From NCBI GenBank assembly GCA_046483285.1, contig JAWODN010000076.1, positions 16,369-80,368 of the forward strand: a DNA stretch of 64,000 bases, read 5' to 3'. Position 1 is the stretch's first letter. Every line of letters begins with the position of its first letter. This DNA comes from Candidatus Aminicenantes bacterium. GTDB lineage: Bacteria > Acidobacteriota > Aminicenantia > Aminicenantales > Aminicenantaceae. Positions 60,621 through 64,000 of the stretch are shown piece by piece. The notes under the pieces were generated by a model. That model was not told where the DNA came from, made no database searches, and saw only the letters and a program-made list of their open reading frames with translations. The position numbers and the translations under genes were made by a program.

Positions 60621-61887
60621 AATTCTGGCTGTGGTGCGCAGGGAATACATTCAAATCGTGAGGACCAAAGGATTCATCATCGGAACCATACTCGGCCCCG
60701 TGGTCATTGGTTTGTTTATTTTAGTTCCGATGGCGGTTTCAATGATGTCCATAGAAAAACAAGAAACCATCGGGATCATTGATGTTCAAGGCGATGTTTT
60801 TAATGAATTGGATGAAAAACTCAGCATGAAGCTGAAAGACGGCCGCCGCCGTTTTGTGCTGGAGCGCTTCCGGGATGGAGATGACTTGGAAAGCTTGAAG
60901 GAGGCCTTGAATCAAAAAGTTATGCAGGAAGAATTGTCAGGGTATATTTTTATTCCTGAAGATATAGATACCGGGGGACAGGCGGAATATATCGCCAAGC
61001 ATGTTTCGGATTTCGACAAAATCCGAAGCCTTCAGGAAGCGCTGAACAGCGTGGTGGTGGCCAAACGCCTGGAGACAGCCGGCCTCGATCCCGGTGAGGT
61101 GTCCGCCTACATGCAGAGGGTGAATTTCAGCACCAAGAAGGTGACGGAACGGGGATTGGAAGAAGAAACCGGAGGGACCTTTCTCATCTCCTATATCCTG
61201 GTTTTGATTCTGTACATGACTCTTTTGTTGTACGGCCAGATCATCCTCCGGGGCGTGATTGAAGAAAAGAGTTCACGGGTGGTGGAAATCGTTCTGTCTT
61301 CGCTCAGACCTTTCCAGTTGATGGCCGGCAAGATATTAGGAATCGCTGCGGTGGGGTTGACTCAATACGCCATATGGGTTTTGTTCGGCCTGGGTTTAAC
61401 CCGGTTCAGCGGCACACTGATGGCGGGGATTTTTCCACAGGCGCAGGGATTCAGTCTCCCCAGGATTCCCCCCTATGTTTTTATTTATTTCGTTGTTTTC
61501 TTTCTGTTGGGATACTTTTTATATGCCACTCTCTATGCGGCCATCGGTTCATTGGTCAATTCCGAAAAAGAGGCTCAGCATCTGGTGGGGCCTGTGACCA
61601 TGGCCCTGGTCATACCCATCTTGCTGATGATTTTTGTCATGCGAAGTCCGGACAGCACTTTGTCGGTGGTCTTGTCCCTGATTCCTTTTTTCTCTCCTAT
61701 TCTCATGCTGATGAGGGTGGCCACACTGCTGCCGCCTTTTATTGAAATTTTCGCTTCGATTGTCTTGATGTGCCTCACTATCCTTTTTATGATCTGGCTG
61801 ACATCCAAAATTTACCGGGTGGGATTGTTGATGACCGGCAAACGCCCCGGGCTCAGAGAGATCGCCAAGTGGGTCCGTTACAGGTGA
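60613..61887 (+). CDS. ABC-2 family permease (NatB-like)
   Basis: One N-terminal TM helix, a large extracytoplasmic loop, then 5 TM helices. ATG 60613 overlaps the upstream stop (ATGCGTAA). Confidence 0.8.
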   Translation: MRKILAVVRREYIQIVRTKGFIIGTILGPVVIGLFILVPMAVSMMSIEKQETIGIIDVQGDVFNELDEKLSMKLKDGRRRFVLERFRDGDDLESLKEALNQKVMQEELSGYIFIPEDIDTGGQAEYIAKHVSDFDKIRSLQEALNSVVVAKRLETAGLDPGEVSAYMQRVNFSTKKVTERGLEEETGGTFLISYILVLILYMTLLLYGQIILRGVIEEKSSRVVEIVLSSLRPFQLMAGKILGIAAVGLTQYAIWVLFGLGLTRFSGTLMAGIFPQAQGFSLPRIPPYVFIYFVVFFLLGYFLYATLYAAIGSLVNSEKEAQHLVGPVTMALVIPILLMIFVMRSPDSTLSVVLSLIPFFSPILMLMRVATLLPPFIEIFASIVLMCLTILFMIWLTSKIYRVGLLMTGKRPGLREIAKWVRYR

Positions 61888-61974
61888 CCGGCGGAATGTT
61901 TAAATCTTAAAAACGGCTTTATTTCCTGCGCCTCTTATCTGCGGCCGTTCCGGGCCGTGAAGAGGTCAGACCAG

Positions 61975-62003
61975 TTGACTCTGTGCTTCAATTGCGATTA
62001 AAT
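61975..62003 (+). promoter_or_regulatory. Possible promoter for the SucCD-like genes
   Basis: TTGACT (61975-61980), 17 nt, TTAAAT (61998-62003). Confidence 0.35.
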
Positions 62004-62076
62004 AGACATGGACAACCCGGATATTTCAAGATGAGTTTCCGGAGCATGCTGAGATGAATTTTTTACGGACGATGGA

Positions 62077-63654
62077 ATGGCCAGATTATACGAATACCAG
62101 AGCAAATCCCTCCTGAAATCAGGAGGCCTGCGGATACCCCAAGGACGGGTGGTGTCTTCTCCTGAAGACGTCCGTGCCGCCGCTGGTGAGATCGGCAGGC
62201 CGGTTGTGTTGAAAATTCAGGTCTGGAGCACAGGGCGGGCCGGGATAGGGGGGATTCAATTTGCTCAAACCCCTGAGGAAGCCTTTAAAAAGACTCAAGA
62301 TCTATTGGGCATGGAAGTTCAAAACTTGGTGGTGGAGAAACTTCTGGTTGAGGAAAGGCTTGATATTTCCGAGGAATACTTTGCAGGATGGGTGATCGAT
62401 GATGAGAAAAAGACCCCCTTGCTGATTTTCAGTAAATCCGGCGGGACCGGGATCGAAGACATCGCCCGCAGGTCTCCCGGAAGTCTGGTCCGCATTCCGG
62501 TTGATGCCCGGATGGGAATCAAGGAATACCAAATCCGCAACACTCTCAGGAAGTTGAACTTGAGCGGAAGAAAACTCATCCGGTTATCCGCGGCTCTGGC
62601 TCAATTTGCGGCGGTCGCCCGCAAATATGATGCCCGCTCGGCGGAAATGAATCCCATGGTCATGACCGGAAACGGCCATGTCTATGCCGCGGACTGCCAT
62701 TTCACTGTGGATGATTATGCGGTCTACCGTCATCCGGAATTAGGAATTGAGGTGGCGCGCGAATTTGACCGGCCGGCGACGGAATTAGAAAAAATAGCTT
62801 ACAGGGTGGAAGAAAAAGATCATCGGGGAACCTTTTATTTTTTTCAGATGAGGGACCGGATTCAACCTGAAGACAACGCCATCGGTTTCAACGGAGCCGG
62901 CGGAGGCGGTTCCATGATGTCCATGGATGCCGTTTTGAATCAGGGGTTTTCCCTGGCCAATTTCTGCGATACCAGCGGCAATCCTTCAGCGGCCAAAGTT
63001 TACCGTGCTGCAAAAATCATATTATCTCAACCCGGCATAAAGGGTTATTTTGCTTCCGGTTCCGGCGTGGCCAGTCAGGAACAGTACCATTCCGCGCGGG
63101 GTCTGGTGAAGGCTTTTCTGGAAGACCATCTGGATATTCCCGCTGTTATCCGGCTGGGGGGCAATTATGAAGTCAAAGCCATAGAAATCCTTCATGATCA
63201 TCTTGACACCATTCCCGGCCGGGTGGAAGGATACGGGAGGGACGACTCTCCTGAATTCTGCGCCACCCGGATGAAGGAGCTGGTCGATGATTCCGGTGGC
63301 CGCATTCATGAAGTCAAGCTGATGGAGGAGCCGGATATTCCCTCCCAGGCTTACGTGTTCCGGACGTTGACCGGAGAGGTCCGGATAGACCACCGCCTCT
63401 GTCCGGAATGCTCAAGTCAAGGATGTGTGGAGGCGTGCGTTCCGGGTATACTGAAATTAGAGAAGGGCCTGCCGGTGTTGGCGGTGGAGCCGGACGCCGC
63501 CGCTAAAGGAAAATGCACGGAATGCCTGGCGTGTGAAATTTTTTGCCGGTTTCATGAGCGCCGGGCTGTTTTTATTCATCTCCCGGTGCCGGGATTAATG
63601 GAGTACCGGAAAAAGTCGGCTGAAAAGACGGAATCTCAAGGACGGGGAAGCTGA
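62077..63654 (+). CDS. Succinyl-CoA synthetase beta-like (ATP-grasp) subunit fused to a C-terminal 2x[4Fe-4S] ferredoxin domain
   Basis: 525 aa. 'ARLYEYQSKSLLKSGGLRIP', 'VVLKIQVWSTGRAG' and 'NGAGGGGSMMSMD' parallel SucC. The C-terminal ~100 aa add 'CPECSSQGCVEAC' and 'CTECLACEIFC'. Confidence 0.75.
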   Translation: MARLYEYQSKSLLKSGGLRIPQGRVVSSPEDVRAAAGEIGRPVVLKIQVWSTGRAGIGGIQFAQTPEEAFKKTQDLLGMEVQNLVVEKLLVEERLDISEEYFAGWVIDDEKKTPLLIFSKSGGTGIEDIARRSPGSLVRIPVDARMGIKEYQIRNTLRKLNLSGRKLIRLSAALAQFAAVARKYDARSAEMNPMVMTGNGHVYAADCHFTVDDYAVYRHPELGIEVAREFDRPATELEKIAYRVEEKDHRGTFYFFQMRDRIQPEDNAIGFNGAGGGGSMMSMDAVLNQGFSLANFCDTSGNPSAAKVYRAAKIILSQPGIKGYFASGSGVASQEQYHSARGLVKAFLEDHLDIPAVIRLGGNYEVKAIEILHDHLDTIPGRVEGYGRDDSPEFCATRMKELVDDSGGRIHEVKLMEEPDIPSQAYVFRTLTGEVRIDHRLCPECSSQGCVEACVPGILKLEKGLPVLAVEPDAAAKGKCTECLACEIFCRFHERRAVFIHLPVPGLMEYRKKSAEKTESQGRGS

Positions 63655-64000
63655 TGTCAATTTTGGCGGACCATCATTCCAGAGTGCTGATTCAGGGAAT
63701 CACCGGCCGGGAAGGGCGTGTCCGGACTCGTCTGATGATGGATTATGGAACCCAGGTGGCGGGAGGAGTGACTCCCGGAAAGGGCGGCCAAGACGTGTAT
63801 GGGCTGCCGGTATTTGACAGCGTGGAACAGGCCCGTGAAGAATTGGGACGGCTGGATATCAGTGTGATCTTTGTGCCTGCGGCTTTGGTTAGAGACGCCG
63901 CTTTGGAGGCGATCGATGCGGGTATCCAGCTGGTGGTTCTGATTCCCGACCGGGTTCCCATTCACGATGTTCTGGAAGTCGCGCGGTTCGCCCATGAGAA
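63654..64000 (+). CDS. Succinyl-CoA synthetase alpha-like CoA-binding subunit (5' part, runs off the window)
   Basis: Not in the ORF track because there is no stop in the window. The ATG overlaps the upstream TGA (TGATG). My translation is 'MSILADHHSRVLIQGITGREGRVRTRLMMDYGTQVAGGVTPGKGGQDVYGLPVFDSVEQA..ISVIFVPAALVRDAALEAIDAGIQLVVLI'. Confidence 0.85.
   Translation, partial: MSILADHHSRVLIQGITGREGRVRTRLMMDYGTQVAGGVTPGKGGQDVYGLPVFDSVEQAREELGRLDISVIFVPAALVRDAALEAIDAGIQLVVLIPDRVPIHDVLEVARFAHE

Overview
This is a 64-kb chromosomal window from a diderm, LPS-making bacterium. The lineage cannot be named from sequence alone. It holds about 60 protein genes (most on the minus strand) and one tRNA-Val(GAC). 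I saw no rRNA, CRISPR array, transposase or prophage genes. Gene order: comEA, a Xer recombinase, topA, dprA, a tandem-Usp gene; nupC-yggU-yggT, a DUF1573 protein, a phosphoesterase, an SH3/beta-barrel protein. Next is an LPS core/O-antigen block (11.6-28.1 kb): methyltransferase, GH-like protein, Kdo/WaaP-type kinase, Trm112, GT9 heptosyltransferase, O-antigen ligase, PHP protein, heptose-7-P kinase, purF inserted, rmd-gmd, rfbB-C-A, lptD. Then atpZ-I-B-E, yihY, lpxD, trxA, nadK, tlyA, dxs-ispA-xseB-xseA, a ymdB-like gene, rny, zapA/zapB, pheST and rplT-rpmI-infC-thrS. The right end holds a tight four-gene operon (P-loop NTPase, carbamate kinase, motif-degenerate transcarbamylase, 741-aa polyampholyte protein), a SelB-C-terminus-only protein behind rnr, sppA, an ABC-2 exporter, and a SucCD-like ligase whose beta subunit carries a ferredoxin domain. 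The most striking signal is non-genic. Every large spacer (5.6-6.7, 20.7-21.4, 28.15-28.45, 32.5-32.7, 34.4-34.55 and 57.2-57.7 kb) is built from a few recurring modules, in a BIME-like mosaic. One AT-rich ~150-bp module carries a sigma70-like promoter pointing into the adjacent gene. It also has two covarying 14-nt inverted arms whose starts are exactly 103 bp apart in all four full copies. All coordinates and alignments were done by eye, without tools.
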